DNA from: an uncultured Candidatus Saccharibacteria bacterium
Lineage (GTDB): Bacteria > Patescibacteriota > WWE3 > 2-01-FULL-39-13
Direction: 5' to 3'
Length of the DNA: 64,000 bases
Assembly (NCBI GenBank): GCA_964370865.1
Contig: CAYJKF010000003.1
Span: 7,735 to 71,734 of the forward strand
Part shown: positions 1 to 10,734 of the stretch, piece after piece
Position numbering within the stretch: position 1 is the first letter of the stretch
How the letters are laid out: each line of letters opens with the position of its first letter
Notes under the pieces: model-generated
Databases searched by the model: none
Told to the model about the DNA's origin: nothing
What the model saw: only the letters and a program-made list of their open reading frames with translations
Position numbers and translations under genes: made by a program

Positions 1-2
1 TT

Positions 3-1229
3 TTGGTTGATGTAGAAAGTGATGCACCTGAAGCTGAAAGTAACGTAGATGTTGATGAAAAAGTCGAAATTAAAGAGGTTGGCAGTGTTTTAGGAGCTTC
101 TACAATGCCAGCAACAGGTTCTAACTTTGGCTTCACACTATTTGGGGCAAGCTTAGTTCTACTTGGGCTTCTTGTAAGATTTAGAAGATTCTTTAAGAAA
201 CCTGTACAAATAGCTTTATTTACTCTAGCTTTATCAGTTTTCGCTGTTACTAAAGTAAACGCGTCAACATTAAATGCAAGGCTATACGAACCAAATGATA
301 ATGTTAATTCAACATTTAAATTAGATTTTGTAGTTCTATCTATGAATCAAAGTGATGGTGTTATAGTAGATTGTTATGTTAAAAGACCTGGTGAAGGTTC
401 TTTCTCAGTATTCCAAACGGTTAATTTAATAGCTGGTGGCACTTCATCTACATGTGATGTAAATAATTCTGTATTAACAACATCCAGTCTTACTCCATAT
501 GAATTCTACATAGAAGCTACTCAAGGTGTTAACAATGCCACTTCTGGAACTGTGGATACAAGATATGATTCTGCAGGACCAAATAAACCAGAAGATTTTG
601 ATGTCGATAGAGATAATGAGTGCGAATACGATATTGAATTCAAAACAGCTAACGACGGACAGACTGCAAAAGTTGAAGTTTACAGATCAACAAATGATGT
701 ATTTCCAGTAAATGACTCAACAAGGGTTAAAACAATAGTAATTGGTCCAAATACCGAACATAGTTTCACAGATACAGTAGCCGGTGTATTATGTGGAGAG
801 GTAAATTACTATGCTCTCAGAGCGTTTGACTCAGCAGGAAATGCCTCAGATGTAGCTAATCAAGATTATGATGAAACTTCAACCAAGACAGTTACCGTTT
901 CAACAACCTCCTCGGAGGGCAATGAAGGTGGTACCGCAGGTACAGGAGGAACAACTGGAGGCATTGGTGGAGCGATATTAATAGAAGAGGGTAGTGGCGC
1001 AGTAGCAACTCCAACCGACGAAGAAGGAGCCGTAGCTGGTACAACAGATGAAGAAGGTAATTCTATCGATGGATTGGAAATTATTGATACTGATGACTCA
1101 GAAGATGATGAATCAAATCCCTCAGTTCTTGGTGACACAGACAAACCATTTAACTGGTGGATTGTTTTAGGTATCCTTGGAGCAGGAATTGTTGGCTATG
1201 TCGGATACAAATACTTCGCAAGAAAATAA
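3..1229 (+). CDS. Surface protein, probably 5'-truncated; internal MPATG sorting signal, then signal peptide, Ig/FN3-like region and C-terminal TM anchor
   Basis: VLGASTMPATG + hydrophobic + RFRRFFKK; YYALRAFDSAGNAS FN3-like strand; C-terminal WWIVLGILGAGIVGYVGYKYFARK; sortase gene follows. Confidence 0.7.
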   Translation: MVDVESDAPEAESNVDVDEKVEIKEVGSVLGASTMPATGSNFGFTLFGASLVLLGLLVRFRRFFKKPVQIALFTLALSVFAVTKVNASTLNARLYEPNDNVNSTFKLDFVVLSMNQSDGVIVDCYVKRPGEGSFSVFQTVNLIAGGTSSTCDVNNSVLTTSSLTPYEFYIEATQGVNNATSGTVDTRYDSAGPNKPEDFDVDRDNECEYDIEFKTANDGQTAKVEVYRSTNDVFPVNDSTRVKTIVIGPNTEHSFTDTVAGVLCGEVNYYALRAFDSAGNASDVANQDYDETSTKTVTVSTTSSEGNEGGTAGTGGTTGGIGGAILIEEGSGAVATPTDEEGAVAGTTDEEGNSIDGLEIIDTDDSEDDESNPSVLGDTDKPFNWWIVLGILGAGIVGYVGYKYFARK

Positions 1230-1884
1230 AAAATACTTACAAGTCATAAGAAGGTCCATAAACGTTAACAGCGTTTCAAACCTTCTTATTTTGTTAGGAT
1301 TTGTAATTCTGTTTCTAACTTATTATAAAATTGCTTTTTATGAGTCACGTTACATCGTGTCCAAAGTCCTAACAGAAAATTCTGCTAATGATAGTAAAAC
1401 CACTTCCGCAAGTGACAACAATGCAAGTAAGGAAATTGACTTAACCGACGAGACTCGAATCATAATTCCAAAACTCCAAATAGATGCGCCCATTATTTTA
1501 GATATTGATCCATATAATGTGGCTGATTATCAAATAGCATTATCCAAAGGTGTCGCCCTATCAAAAACATCTGCAGACTTAGATGAGTTAGGTAGATCTT
1601 TCATCTTTGCACATTCCTCAGAGAACTTCTATGAAGCAAGCCGATATAATTCCATTTTTTATTTAGTAAATAAACTTGAAGCTGGTGACAAATTCTACAT
1701 AACGTACAAAAGTCAGCTTTATGAATACGAAGTAAAAGGCAGGGAATATGTTAAGCCTGATAGAGTTGATTTGATGTCAGCAAAAACTGATAACACAACT
1801 AAAGAGCTATATTTAATGACTTGTTGGCCACCAGGAACCACTTTCCAACGCTTAATAGTTAAGGCAGAATTAATTAACAAGTGA
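1177..1884 (+). CDS. Sortase (start uncertain)
   Basis: N-terminal TM; FAHS, LMTCWPPG, downstream R (His/Cys/Arg triad). Confidence 0.9.
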   Translation: MEQELLAMSDTNTSQENKKYLQVIRRSINVNSVSNLLILLGFVILFLTYYKIAFYESRYIVSKVLTENSANDSKTTSASDNNASKEIDLTDETRIIIPKLQIDAPIILDIDPYNVADYQIALSKGVALSKTSADLDELGRSFIFAHSSENFYEASRYNSIFYLVNKLEAGDKFYITYKSQLYEYEVKGREYVKPDRVDLMSAKTDNTTKELYLMTCWPPGTTFQRLIVKAELINK

Positions 1885-1896
1885 TAGACTATTTGT

Positions 1897-2247
1897 ATGC
1901 TTAAGCAAATTATAAAACTCTTTCTGGATGCATTAGCATTGATTTTAGTTTCTTATATTTTACCTTCACTCCAAATCTCCGATTATGTGACTGCACTTAT
2001 TGCCGTTTTAGTAATTGCTCTAGTTAATATGTTTATTAAGCCTATTGTTCATATACTTACATTGCCAATTAATATTGTTACGCTGGGATTATTTACATTA
2101 TTAATTAATGCGGCTATGTTCGCACTTGCTGCTTACTTTGTAGATGGATTTGAAATAGCCAATCTATTAACTGCAGTTCTTGGTTCGATACTATTTTCGA
2201 TTTTCTCTTTTGCCTTTGCCACTTTATTAAACGTTAATTCAGATTAA
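1897..2247 (+). CDS. YvlD/4-TM phage-holin-family membrane protein
   Basis: LVNMFIKPIVHILTLPINIVTLGLFTLLINA signature. Confidence 0.85.
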   Translation: MLKQIIKLFLDALALILVSYILPSLQISDYVTALIAVLVIALVNMFIKPIVHILTLPINIVTLGLFTLLINAAMFALAAYFVDGFEIANLLTAVLGSILFSIFSFAFATLLNVNSD

Positions 2248-2259
2248 ATTTTTGGGAAA

Positions 2260-2829
2260 GTGAATAAAATTAAAACTCTGTCTCTTCTGACATTTTCAAT
2301 ATTACTTCTTGTTGTATTTTTATACTGGCAAGGACGACCGTTCATTTGTGAGTGTGGAACTATATCATTGTGGTCGGGAAACATATGGAGTTCAGAAAAC
2401 TCACAACAATTCTCTGATCCATATTCATTTACTCATTTACAACACGGTCTAGTATTCTTCATTTTAATTGCCATCCTTCTACCAAAGCTTAAAGCTAATA
2501 CAAAATTCTTAATAGCCATTTTTGTCGAGGTTCTTTGGGAAATTGTTGAGAACAGTACTTACGTTATTAATATCTATAGAACTAACACTGCATCACTTGG
2601 CTATACAGGTGATTCAATACTCAATTCTATCGGGGACATTCTGTTCTGTGTAATAGGTTATTTGATTGCCAAAAGGCTCGGTATTAAGAAGGCCATCATA
2701 CTATTCCTATTTATTGAAGTCACTATGGTTTACCTATTAAGAGATAGCCTAATTCTAAATATAATCACTATGATTCATCCATTTGAAAGTATCGTCAATT
2801 GGCAATTAGAAGCTGCCATAGCTATTTAA
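2260..2829 (+). CDS. DUF2585/UPF0314 membrane protein
   Basis: GRPFICECG, NSQQFSDPYSFTH, WEIVENS, YTGDSILNS. Confidence 0.8.
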   Translation: MNKIKTLSLLTFSILLLVVFLYWQGRPFICECGTISLWSGNIWSSENSQQFSDPYSFTHLQHGLVFFILIAILLPKLKANTKFLIAIFVEVLWEIVENSTYVINIYRTNTASLGYTGDSILNSIGDILFCVIGYLIAKRLGIKKAIILFLFIEVTMVYLLRDSLILNIITMIHPFESIVNWQLEAAIAI

Positions 2830-2969
2830 GACTAGATATGGTAATCTACTCCAAGTTAATTTTAAACGGCAACTTAGCCGCTATATCGACTAAAAACCAT
2901 AGAACACGCAGGCTAAACCACTTTGCTCTCGAAATCTTCAGTTTTTACTCCATATAAAAACAAGTAAAT

Positions 2970-4169
2970 ATGTATAAACAAAGCTTTAGTAGGTACAGAA
3001 ATGCCTCACGTGGTCCTAGTAGAAATGGTTCAGGTAGACGTCAAGGAGGAGGTCGTGGAAGATCAGCCGGTTTCCAAGATTTCTCAAAATTCATAAACAA
3101 GAATCCAGAAGATGTTATTGTAGAAGCATTTACACCACAAATTCAAATAAATGATTTGCCATTAGTTAGTGCTTTAAAGGCAAATATTATCAAAAAGGGT
3201 TACACGCAGTTAACTCCGATTCAAGATCAAGCCATTCCATTAGTAATGCAAGGTAAAGATCTTATTGGGGTTGCTAATACCGGAACAGGTAAAACAGCTG
3301 CATTTTTAATTCCGTTTATAAATAAGGCTTACAACGATATAAATCAGAGAGTCTTAATCATAGCTCCAACTAGAGAGTTAGCACAGCAAATTAATACTGA
3401 ATTTAGATCATTTAGCCAAGGCTTAAATCTCTATTCCGTTTTATGTATAGGTGGAACTAATATGTTCGCTCAAAGAAGAGAATTGAGCAAAGTTCACAAC
3501 TTTCTAATTTGTACACCTGGTAGAGTTAAGGATTTAACTCAAAGAGGTTGGGTAAATTTGTCATTATATAAGAATGTTGTAGTCGATGAAGTCGACAGAA
3601 TGTTTGACATGGGTTTTCAAAATGATATTCAATTTATATTAGGATCAGTTGCAAAAGAGAGACAAACTTTATTTTTCTCGGCAACAGTATCAAGTGAAAT
3701 TGAAGTCTTGATTAATAAGTATCTTGTTCAGCCAGAAAAGATTGTTATGAAGCAAAAAACTAGCTCTGCAAATATTATGCAGGATATAATTAGGACCTCA
3801 TCTCAAAAAGAAAAAATGGAAGTCTTGCACGATATGTTAATTAAAGAAGAATTCACAAAAGTTCTTATCTTCATTAAAACTAAATGGAATCTTGCAGAAA
3901 TCGAAGTTGAACTAAAAGATAGAGGTTTTAAAGTGGAGTCAATTCATGGCAATAAGTCACAAGCTCACAGACAAAGGTCCTTATCGAACTTTAAAGAGAA
4001 TAGAATTAAGATTTTATTAGCTACTGATGTAGCAGCTAGAGGACTGGATATAGATAACGTTTCTCATGTTATTAACTATGATCTTCCAGCGACTTATGAA
4101 GATTATGTTCATAGGATTGGAAGAACAGGAAGAGCTAACAATAAAGGTGTGGCTTTGACGTTCGTCTAA
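2970..4169 (+). CDS. DEAD-box RNA helicase
   Basis: TGTGKT, PTRELA, DEVD, FSAT, ARGLD, HRIGRTGR. Confidence 0.95.
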   Translation: MYKQSFSRYRNASRGPSRNGSGRRQGGGRGRSAGFQDFSKFINKNPEDVIVEAFTPQIQINDLPLVSALKANIIKKGYTQLTPIQDQAIPLVMQGKDLIGVANTGTGKTAAFLIPFINKAYNDINQRVLIIAPTRELAQQINTEFRSFSQGLNLYSVLCIGGTNMFAQRRELSKVHNFLICTPGRVKDLTQRGWVNLSLYKNVVVDEVDRMFDMGFQNDIQFILGSVAKERQTLFFSATVSSEIEVLINKYLVQPEKIVMKQKTSSANIMQDIIRTSSQKEKMEVLHDMLIKEEFTKVLIFIKTKWNLAEIEVELKDRGFKVESIHGNKSQAHRQRSLSNFKENRIKILLATDVAARGLDIDNVSHVINYDLPATYEDYVHRIGRTGRANNKGVALTFV

Positions 4170-4178
4170 AATATATTC

Positions 4179-4227
4179 TTGACTCATTTCCCCCAACAGG
4201 CTACTATATCCCCATAGGGGGGATATA
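4179..4227 (+). promoter_or_regulatory. sigma70 promoter with overlapping CsoR-type operator
   Basis: TTGACT(4179)-N17-TACTAT(4202); inverted repeat TATATCCCC-N5-GGGGATATA at 4205-4227. Confidence 0.8.
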
Positions 4228-4496
4228 TGTCGTACACACCAAAAGACTCAAAAGAAAGAATTCTACATAGATTAAAAATAGCAAACGGTCACCTTAAAAA
4301 AGTGCAAGATATGATGCAAGACGATGCATATTGCATTGATATAATCCATCAATCGAAAGCCATTCAAAAAGCCTTAAAAGAGGTTGATAATTTAATACTT
4401 GAAAACCACCTTAATGGTTGTGTTGCTGATGCAATCAGCCAAGGCAACAAAGATGAAGCGATATCAGAGGTAATGAATATTTTTAAAAAATCCTAG
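4227..4496 (+). CDS. csoR: CsoR/RcnR copper-sensing repressor
   Basis: [20 protein letters not shown] (Cys-His-Cys ligands); heads copA operon. Confidence 0.9.
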   Translation: MSYTPKDSKERILHRLKIANGHLKKVQDMMQDDAYCIDIIHQSKAIQKALKEVDNLILENHLNGCVADAISQGNKDEAISEVMNIFKKS

Positions 4497-4497
4497 A

Positions 4498-6789
4498 ATG
4501 ATTAACAAAAAATTTGAAGTTAAAGGAATGCACTGTGCAAGTTGCAGCTCGATTATAAAAAAGAAAATATCTAAACTTCCTGGGGTCGAAGAATGCCATA
4601 TAAACTACGCAACAGAGAAAGCCAATATTTCATTTGATCCAAAAAATGTATCCGTTAATCAGATGAATAGTGAAATTAATAAACTTGGATATTCAATCAT
4701 TGACACCGAAAGTGATATTACCAGTTCCAGCAAAACAAATGAGCACATGGATCACACTCATCATACCGGAATTTCGATGACTAAGGAAGATAAATTAACT
4801 GAACTTAATAAGGCGAAAGTTAAGGTCAGTTTTGCTATGCCCATAACTTTACAAATTTTCACAATAATGATGTGGGATATTGCATCTAAAATATTCGAGT
4901 GGATTCCTATGATGCCTATAAATATGGAAATCCTAAATGCGATTTCTTTTGTACTTGCAACAATCTTTATATTTTGGATAGGACAATCATTTTTAGAAGG
5001 GGCAATACGTTTCTTTAGATATCGAGTTGCTAATATGGATACGCTTATTGGTATTGGGACGATTTCAGCTTTTATTTACAGCAGTGCAATATTTTTATTT
5101 CCGCAAATTATAGAACTATTAAATGCTCCTAATCATACCTATTTTGATGTAACTATCGTTGTTATTGGGTTTGTGACTTTTGGTAAGTATTTAGAAGCGA
5201 AATCTAAATTAAAAACAGGGGAGGCAATCGAGAAATTGCTTAAACTCCAAGCAAAAACAGCTACCGTTATTCGAGACGGCAAGGAAGAAGAGTTACCAAT
5301 TGAAAGTGTTGTCGTTGATGACATTATTATAGTAAAGCCTGGTGCAAAGATTCCTTTAGATGGAATTATTATTGAAGGTCAAACTTCAGTAGATGAATCA
5401 ATGATTACTGGCGAACCAATTCCTGAAGATAAAAAAGTAGGGGACATTGTAATCGGTGCCACTATAAATAAACAAGGTAATATAAGATATAAAGCCACAA
5501 AAGTCGGTTCAGATACAATGCTTTCACAAATCATTAAGTTGGTAGAAGACGCACAGGGCTCTCAAGCACAAATTCAAAACCTAGCAGATAAAATTTCTTC
5601 AATTTTCGTACCTATCGTTTTGGTTATATCTGTATGCGTTTTGGTTCTATGGCTAACTATAGGTAGCTATTTTATGGGATTTTCTAGTGGATTATCATAT
5701 GGAATATTATCTTTTGTAGGCATCCTGGTAATTGCATGTCCATGTGCACTTGGTTTAGCTACTCCAACAGCAATTATTGTTGGAGTTGGTAAAGGTGCAG
5801 AAAATGGAATCTTAATTAAAAATGCCGAAAGCCTAGAGAAACTTTATAAAGTAACAACTCTTGTATTTGATAAGACAGGAACAATTACAAAAGGTAAACC
5901 AACGGTTACGGATATTGTCTCATTTAATAATAACTTTACGCTTGAAGATTTACTTGGTAAGGCTTCAAGTTTAGAAAAGCTTTCAAGTCATCCACTGGCA
6001 ATGGCCGTAACTGAAAAAGCTTCTGAACTTAAATTGGAAAATTTAAAAGTCGAGAGTTTTAAAGAAACTGATGGGGTCGGAGTTGAAGGATTAATTCACA
6101 ACTTGAAAGTAATTGTGCGAAAACCAGTTAATTCAGAAAATCAAAATGAGACTATTCAACGTCTACAGAGCGAAGGAAAGACTGTTATTGTGGTCGAAGA
6201 AGAATCATATTTAATAGGCGCTATAGCAATTAGCGACACAATTAAAGAAACAGCTGTGGGGGCTATTAAGAAACTTCACTTACTTGGAATTAAAACTGTA
6301 ATGTTAACAGGGGATAACAGCAAAGCGGCTAATTTTATTGCTAAACAAGTTGGAATCGATATTGTGAAAGCTGAGGTTATGCCACAGGATAAATCAGCTG
6401 TAATAAAAGATCTTCAAAAAGATGGTGCAATCGTGGCAATGGCAGGGGATGGTATAAATGACGCTCCAGCCTTAACACAAGCCGACGTAGGCGTAGCTAT
6501 GGCTACTGGTACTGATATTGCAATTGAGTCTTCAGATATAATTCTATTACACGGCGATATATCTAAAATTCCACAAGCTTTTAAACTATCTCATTCAACC
6601 ATTCGAACGATAAAGCAAAATCTGTTTTGGGCATTCATTTACAATGTAGTAGGAATACCTCTTGCTGCAGGAGCTCTCTATCCTTTCTTTGGAATATTTT
6701 TAAACCCTGTATTTGCAGGGCTAGCTATGGCATTATCTTCTGTATCAGTTGTAAGTAATTCATTATTATTAAAGAGGTTAAAACTATGA
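4498..6789 (+). CDS. copA: Cu(I)-translocating P1B ATPase
   Basis: GMHCASC, TGE, CPC, DKTGT, HP, GDGIND, YN and MALSS motifs. Confidence 0.95.
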   Translation: MINKKFEVKGMHCASCSSIIKKKISKLPGVEECHINYATEKANISFDPKNVSVNQMNSEINKLGYSIIDTESDITSSSKTNEHMDHTHHTGISMTKEDKLTELNKAKVKVSFAMPITLQIFTIMMWDIASKIFEWIPMMPINMEILNAISFVLATIFIFWIGQSFLEGAIRFFRYRVANMDTLIGIGTISAFIYSSAIFLFPQIIELLNAPNHTYFDVTIVVIGFVTFGKYLEAKSKLKTGEAIEKLLKLQAKTATVIRDGKEEELPIESVVVDDIIIVKPGAKIPLDGIIIEGQTSVDESMITGEPIPEDKKVGDIVIGATINKQGNIRYKATKVGSDTMLSQIIKLVEDAQGSQAQIQNLADKISSIFVPIVLVISVCVLVLWLTIGSYFMGFSSGLSYGILSFVGILVIACPCALGLATPTAIIVGVGKGAENGILIKNAESLEKLYKVTTLVFDKTGTITKGKPTVTDIVSFNNNFTLEDLLGKASSLEKLSSHPLAMAVTEKASELKLENLKVESFKETDGVGVEGLIHNLKVIVRKPVNSENQNETIQRLQSEGKTVIVVEEESYLIGAIAISDTIKETAVGAIKKLHLLGIKTVMLTGDNSKAANFIAKQVGIDIVKAEVMPQDKSAVIKDLQKDGAIVAMAGDGINDAPALTQADVGVAMATGTDIAIESSDIILLHGDISKIPQAFKLSHSTIRTIKQNLFWAFIYNVVGIPLAAGALYPFFGIFLNPVFAGLAMALSSVSVVSNSLLLKRLKL

Positions 6790-7814
6790 TAGATAATTTA
6801 TGGGTAGTGTTCATTACTGGATTAACGGTTGGTGGACTTACTTGTCTTGCAGTCCAAGGTGGACTTCTTGCCTCTGTATTGGCAAGTAAAGAAAATGAAA
6901 ATCCTAACAGCAAAGATATTCGTAAAAAAACTATTATTGCTACAGGTGCTTTTCTTATCTCTAAGCTTATTGCTTATGCATCTTTAGGGTTTGTACTTGG
7001 TGCATTTGGATCAGCATTAAGTATTAGTGATGATGTACAAGTTTTAATGCAACTCGCCGCAGGATTATATATGGTTGCGGTTGCTCTAAATTTGCTCGAG
7101 GTACATCCGATATTTAGGTATGTTATTTTTCAACCTCCTAAATTTTTAACTAAGTTAGTGAGAAATCAGACAAAATCAAAGGACTTATTTGCCCCAGCAC
7201 TACTAGGAGCTATGACAGTTTTTATTCCATGTGGAACTACGATAGCTATGGAAACGCTTGCAATAAGCTCTGCCAATCCAATATATGGGGCTGCAATTAT
7301 GGCTGCATTTACGCTTGGAACAATTCCTGCATTTCTTGGAATCGGAGTTCTTACTTCATTCTTAGGTGAAACTTTTAAATCAAAATTTTTAAAAGTTGCG
7401 GCTTTTGCCGTTCTATATTTAGGTGTTACATCTATCTGGGGATCGTTTACTGCACTCGGTTTCACATTTCAAGTCGGTGAAGGACCAAATCGTAATACTA
7501 AAGAGAATACAGCAATCCTTGGATCGCAAAGTGAAGAAAATCAACCAATAGATCAGGAAGTAGAAATTAATATTACCTCCTCAGGATACTCACCTGCATA
7601 CATTCAGGTTAAACAGGGATCAAGAGTTAGAGTTACATTGATTGGAAAAGGCGCATATTCATGTGCAGCTGCTTTTAGAATACCTTCTCTTGGAATATCT
7701 GAGAATCTATCTCCAAATGATAAAGTTCAATTTAGTTTTACACCTCAAAATAAAGGAAAAATACCATTTAATTGCTCAATGGGAATGTATACAGGAGTAA
7801 TAGAAGTATTATGA
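6786..7814 (+). CDS. DsbD_2/UreH-like membrane protein with C-terminal cupredoxin-like domain
   Basis: [24 protein letters not shown]. Confidence 0.8.
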   Translation: MIDNLWVVFITGLTVGGLTCLAVQGGLLASVLASKENENPNSKDIRKKTIIATGAFLISKLIAYASLGFVLGAFGSALSISDDVQVLMQLAAGLYMVAVALNLLEVHPIFRYVIFQPPKFLTKLVRNQTKSKDLFAPALLGAMTVFIPCGTTIAMETLAISSANPIYGAAIMAAFTLGTIPAFLGIGVLTSFLGETFKSKFLKVAAFAVLYLGVTSIWGSFTALGFTFQVGEGPNRNTKENTAILGSQSEENQPIDQEVEINITSSGYSPAYIQVKQGSRVRVTLIGKGAYSCAAAFRIPSLGISENLSPNDKVQFSFTPQNKGKIPFNCSMGMYTGVIEVL

Positions 7815-8044
7815 AAGTAATAACACTAAAAATACTTGGAATGCACTGTACAGCTTGTGCTATGAATATTGATTTTGATTTAGAAGACTTAGACGGAGTT
7901 AAAAATTCAACAACAAACTATGCCAAACAAACATGTGAAGTTGAATTTGATGAAAGTCTTATTACAGTTGATCAACTACAAGAACAGATCAAAAAAATAG
8001 GTTACGATTCAGAGGTTTTCTCCACCACTACTATTTCTTCTTAA
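7811..8044 (+). CDS. copZ: Copper chaperone (HMA domain)
   Basis: GMHCTAC; ATG 7811 overlaps upstream stop. Confidence 0.85.
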   Translation: MKVITLKILGMHCTACAMNIDFDLEDLDGVKNSTTNYAKQTCEVEFDESLITVDQLQEQIKKIGYDSEVFSTTTISS

Positions 8045-9413
8045 TATTTATCTTTAAATCTCTTAGTTGAATTTCAGTAACTTCACTTGGAGCATTCATT
8101 ACTGAGGTCTGACCATTTCCTGTCATTGGAAATGCCTGAACTTCTCGTAAATATTTCTCACCTGTAAGATTCATAATGCAACGCTCTACTCCAATAGCTA
8201 TACCACCATGTGGAGGCGTTCCAAATTGAAAGGCTTCAATCATATGACCGACGCTTTCCATCATTTCATCTTTTGAGTAACCCATTATTTTGTAAGTGGC
8301 TTCTAATATTTCAGATTTGTGAGCTCTAATACTACCTCCACCTGATTCATATCCATTACAAACTAAGTCATATTGAGTTGTTAATATTTGATCGATATTC
8401 TCACCTTTCATATGCCAGTCTAAATGTTCTGGAATAGGCATCGAAAATGGATTATGACTGAATGTCCACTTTCCATCCGATGTCTTTTCGAAAAAAGGAA
8501 ATTCAATAACCCAAGCGTAGGAGAGTACTCCGTCTTCTTTTTCTTGCTCAGTTCTGAGGTCAAATTTATCTGCCCCATACTTATCCATAGCATCTTTATA
8601 TGTAATTCTTGGGAATGGTTTTTCTTTTAACTTAAATCCCATACTTTCAACAACGGTAATCATCATTTCCTCAACAGTATTCATTACATCATTCATATCG
8701 ACAAATGACATTTCTAAATCGATTTGAGTATGTTCAAATCCTCTATCTGCCCTTAAATCTTCATCTCTAAGAGCCCTAGCTATTTGAAAATACCTCTCAA
8801 AACCAGCAGTCATTAATAATTGTTTATATTGTTGCGGTGACTGGGGGAGTGCATAGAATTTTCCGGGTTGGAGTCTTGAAGGAACTATAAAATCTCGTGA
8901 ACCTTCTGGAGTTGATTTCGTTAATAATGGAGTTTCAATTTCAACAAAATCCTTAGAAAATAAAGCTTCACGTGCCTTTTGAACAAAGTCACTTCTAAGT
9001 CTTATATTTTTTTGTAATCTCTGGGTTCTAAGATCTAAGTATCTATATTTTAAACGTGTGTTCTCCTCAATATTTGCAGTATCTTTACTAATTTCAAATG
9101 GGGGAGTTTTTGATTCGTTTAATATGGTTAATTGAGTGGCTTCTAACTCAACGGTCCCAGTTTCAATTTCTGTATTTATCATTGACTGAGGTCTTGCCTT
9201 AACAAGTCCTTCTATTTCAATAACGAATTCATCTCTAAGGGCTTTAGCTTGTTCAACGATTTCGCCTGCAAATACTACTTGAAGAAGTCCACTTCTGTCT
9301 TTAAGGTCCAAAAAAATAATTTTTCCATGTCCTCTTACAGAATTAACCCATCCTTTAACGAGTACGGTTTCTCCTACTTTTGACATGGTTTCTTTTATAA
9401 TAGTGCGGTTCAT
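8031..9413 (-). CDS. aspS: Aspartyl-tRNA synthetase, bacterial type lacking the GAD insertion
   Basis: RLKYRYLDLR, STPEGSRDF, LPQSPQQYKQLLM, RDEDLRADR, PPHGG. Confidence 0.95.
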   Translation of the reverse strand: MNRTIIKETMSKVGETVLVKGWVNSVRGHGKIIFLDLKDRSGLLQVVFAGEIVEQAKALRDEFVIEIEGLVKARPQSMINTEIETGTVELEATQLTILNESKTPPFEISKDTANIEENTRLKYRYLDLRTQRLQKNIRLRSDFVQKAREALFSKDFVEIETPLLTKSTPEGSRDFIVPSRLQPGKFYALPQSPQQYKQLLMTAGFERYFQIARALRDEDLRADRGFEHTQIDLEMSFVDMNDVMNTVEEMMITVVESMGFKLKEKPFPRITYKDAMDKYGADKFDLRTEQEKEDGVLSYAWVIEFPFFEKTSDGKWTFSHNPFSMPIPEHLDWHMKGENIDQILTTQYDLVCNGYESGGGSIRAHKSEILEATYKIMGYSKDEMMESVGHMIEAFQFGTPPHGGIAIGVERCIMNLTGEKYLREVQAFPMTGNGQTSVMNAPSEVTEIQLRDLKINIKKK

Positions 9414-9570
9414 TTGTATTTTATTGAAATATGTATATGGAGATTATACTCGAAATATGGGCTATTTTTAATAGCCTTTCATTATTAATTCTTACAAATA
9501 AATTCTAACAGATTTTCGTATCAATCCAGGCATACCTTTGAAATAGAATTGTATATGATAAAATCCCCTA

Positions 9571-9819
9571 ATGGATCAAACAAATGACAACAACTCTAGA
9601 AAAGTAGCAACAGTAACCGTAGATAAGAAAGCCTGCATAGGGGCTGCAACTTGTGTCGTATTAGCACCTAATGCATTTGAATTAGATTCTGATAATATAG
9701 CCTCACTTAAAACTACTGCACTCACTCATACAGACCAAGAATTAATTAATGCGGCTGCGTCATGCCCAACTCAGGCTATAAAGCTATTTGATGCAAGCGG
9801 GATCGAAATTAAAATATGA
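9571..9819 (+). CDS. Ferredoxin, probably [3Fe-4S]
   Basis: CIGAATC...CP with second Cys replaced by Ala. Confidence 0.85.
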   Translation: MDQTNDNNSRKVATVTVDKKACIGAATCVVLAPNAFELDSDNIASLKTTALTHTDQELINAAASCPTQAIKLFDASGIEIKI

Positions 9820-10229
9820 ATAAAATAATATTAAAAATTTTCACGTTTTTTATAAGCCTAGGAATAGTAGGTGTCACTGGTTTTTTGATTCTTCATAACG
9901 AACAGGAAAATAAAAGGATTAAACATGCAAACGCACAAGATTATTATTCAGAACAATATAAATTATGGATGGATTATAAAAAGGAATACGACCTAAAAGT
10001 TTTAGAAATTAAACAGGCTAACCTCAAAGAGATGACCGAAGCAAAGTTAACTTATGAAAAGTTACTTGTTGATCAGCCCCAGTTAATTAAGGAACATACA
10101 CGATTAGTAGCTAGCGGAGTAACTAGTTCTCAAACCCAACAGAATACTGCGGCAACTTCAAGTAAAAAATCCAGTACAACTGTTCAGGTTTCAAAACCAA
10201 AGTCACAGCCTAAGACTCGTGCATCATAA
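9816..10229 (+). CDS. Membrane-anchored protein with S/T-rich tail ending KTRAS
   Basis: N-terminal TM, coiled region, overlap with ferredoxin stop. Confidence 0.6.
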   Translation: MNKIILKIFTFFISLGIVGVTGFLILHNEQENKRIKHANAQDYYSEQYKLWMDYKKEYDLKVLEIKQANLKEMTEAKLTYEKLLVDQPQLIKEHTRLVASGVTSSQTQQNTAATSSKKSSTTVQVSKPKSQPKTRAS

Positions 10230-10231
10230 CT

Positions 10232-10729
10232 ATGAATAAACTATATCTACTAATAATTATATTTTTGATAACCATCTTCACCTTATTTCAAAGCTTAATA
10301 AATTCAAAAAACAGCCTTTTAAATAGCGGTCCTCAACCTGTTATCGCAGAGGATGACGATGAGAATGAAGACGAAGAAGAGGAAGAAGATGAACACGATG
10401 ATGAAAGAGAAGATGAGGATGAGTACGAAGATGATGACGATTATTATGAATATCTTACAGAGCCATCTGAATCTACTACAACTGTAGAGGAAGAACCTGT
10501 TACCACCTATATAAATGTTATTGATAATGGATATGAAGTCGATTCCGATAAGGATTTATTAGTAGATGCTGTTGATCCTCATCCGCTAATTCCCGAAATT
10601 GATTTTTTTACAGACTCGGATGAAGATTCTGTTCCTGATGCATATGATAGCTTTCCTGGTAAGGATGATTTCACCTATATAGAGTTCCAAGATATTGATG
10701 ATAATGGAATCCTCGATGATATTGAATAA
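10232..10729 (+). CDS. Exported acidic protein with thrombospondin type 3-like Ca-binding repeats
   Basis: D/E tract; DSDKDLLVDAVDPHP, DSDEDSVPDAYDSFP, DIDDNGILD. Confidence 0.65.
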   Translation: MNKLYLLIIIFLITIFTLFQSLINSKNSLLNSGPQPVIAEDDDENEDEEEEEDEHDDEREDEDEYEDDDDYYEYLTEPSESTTTVEEEPVTTYINVIDNGYEVDSDKDLLVDAVDPHPLIPEIDFFTDSDEDSVPDAYDSFPGKDDFTYIEFQDIDDNGILDDIE

Positions 10730-10734
10730 ACTAA

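Noticed and set aside
1897-2247. Holin as prophage evidence
   Set aside because: YvlD-type family is commonly chromosomal; no phage genes nearby
10350-10445. GAA/GAT-rich tandem sequence
   Set aside because: Simply encodes the Asp/Glu tract
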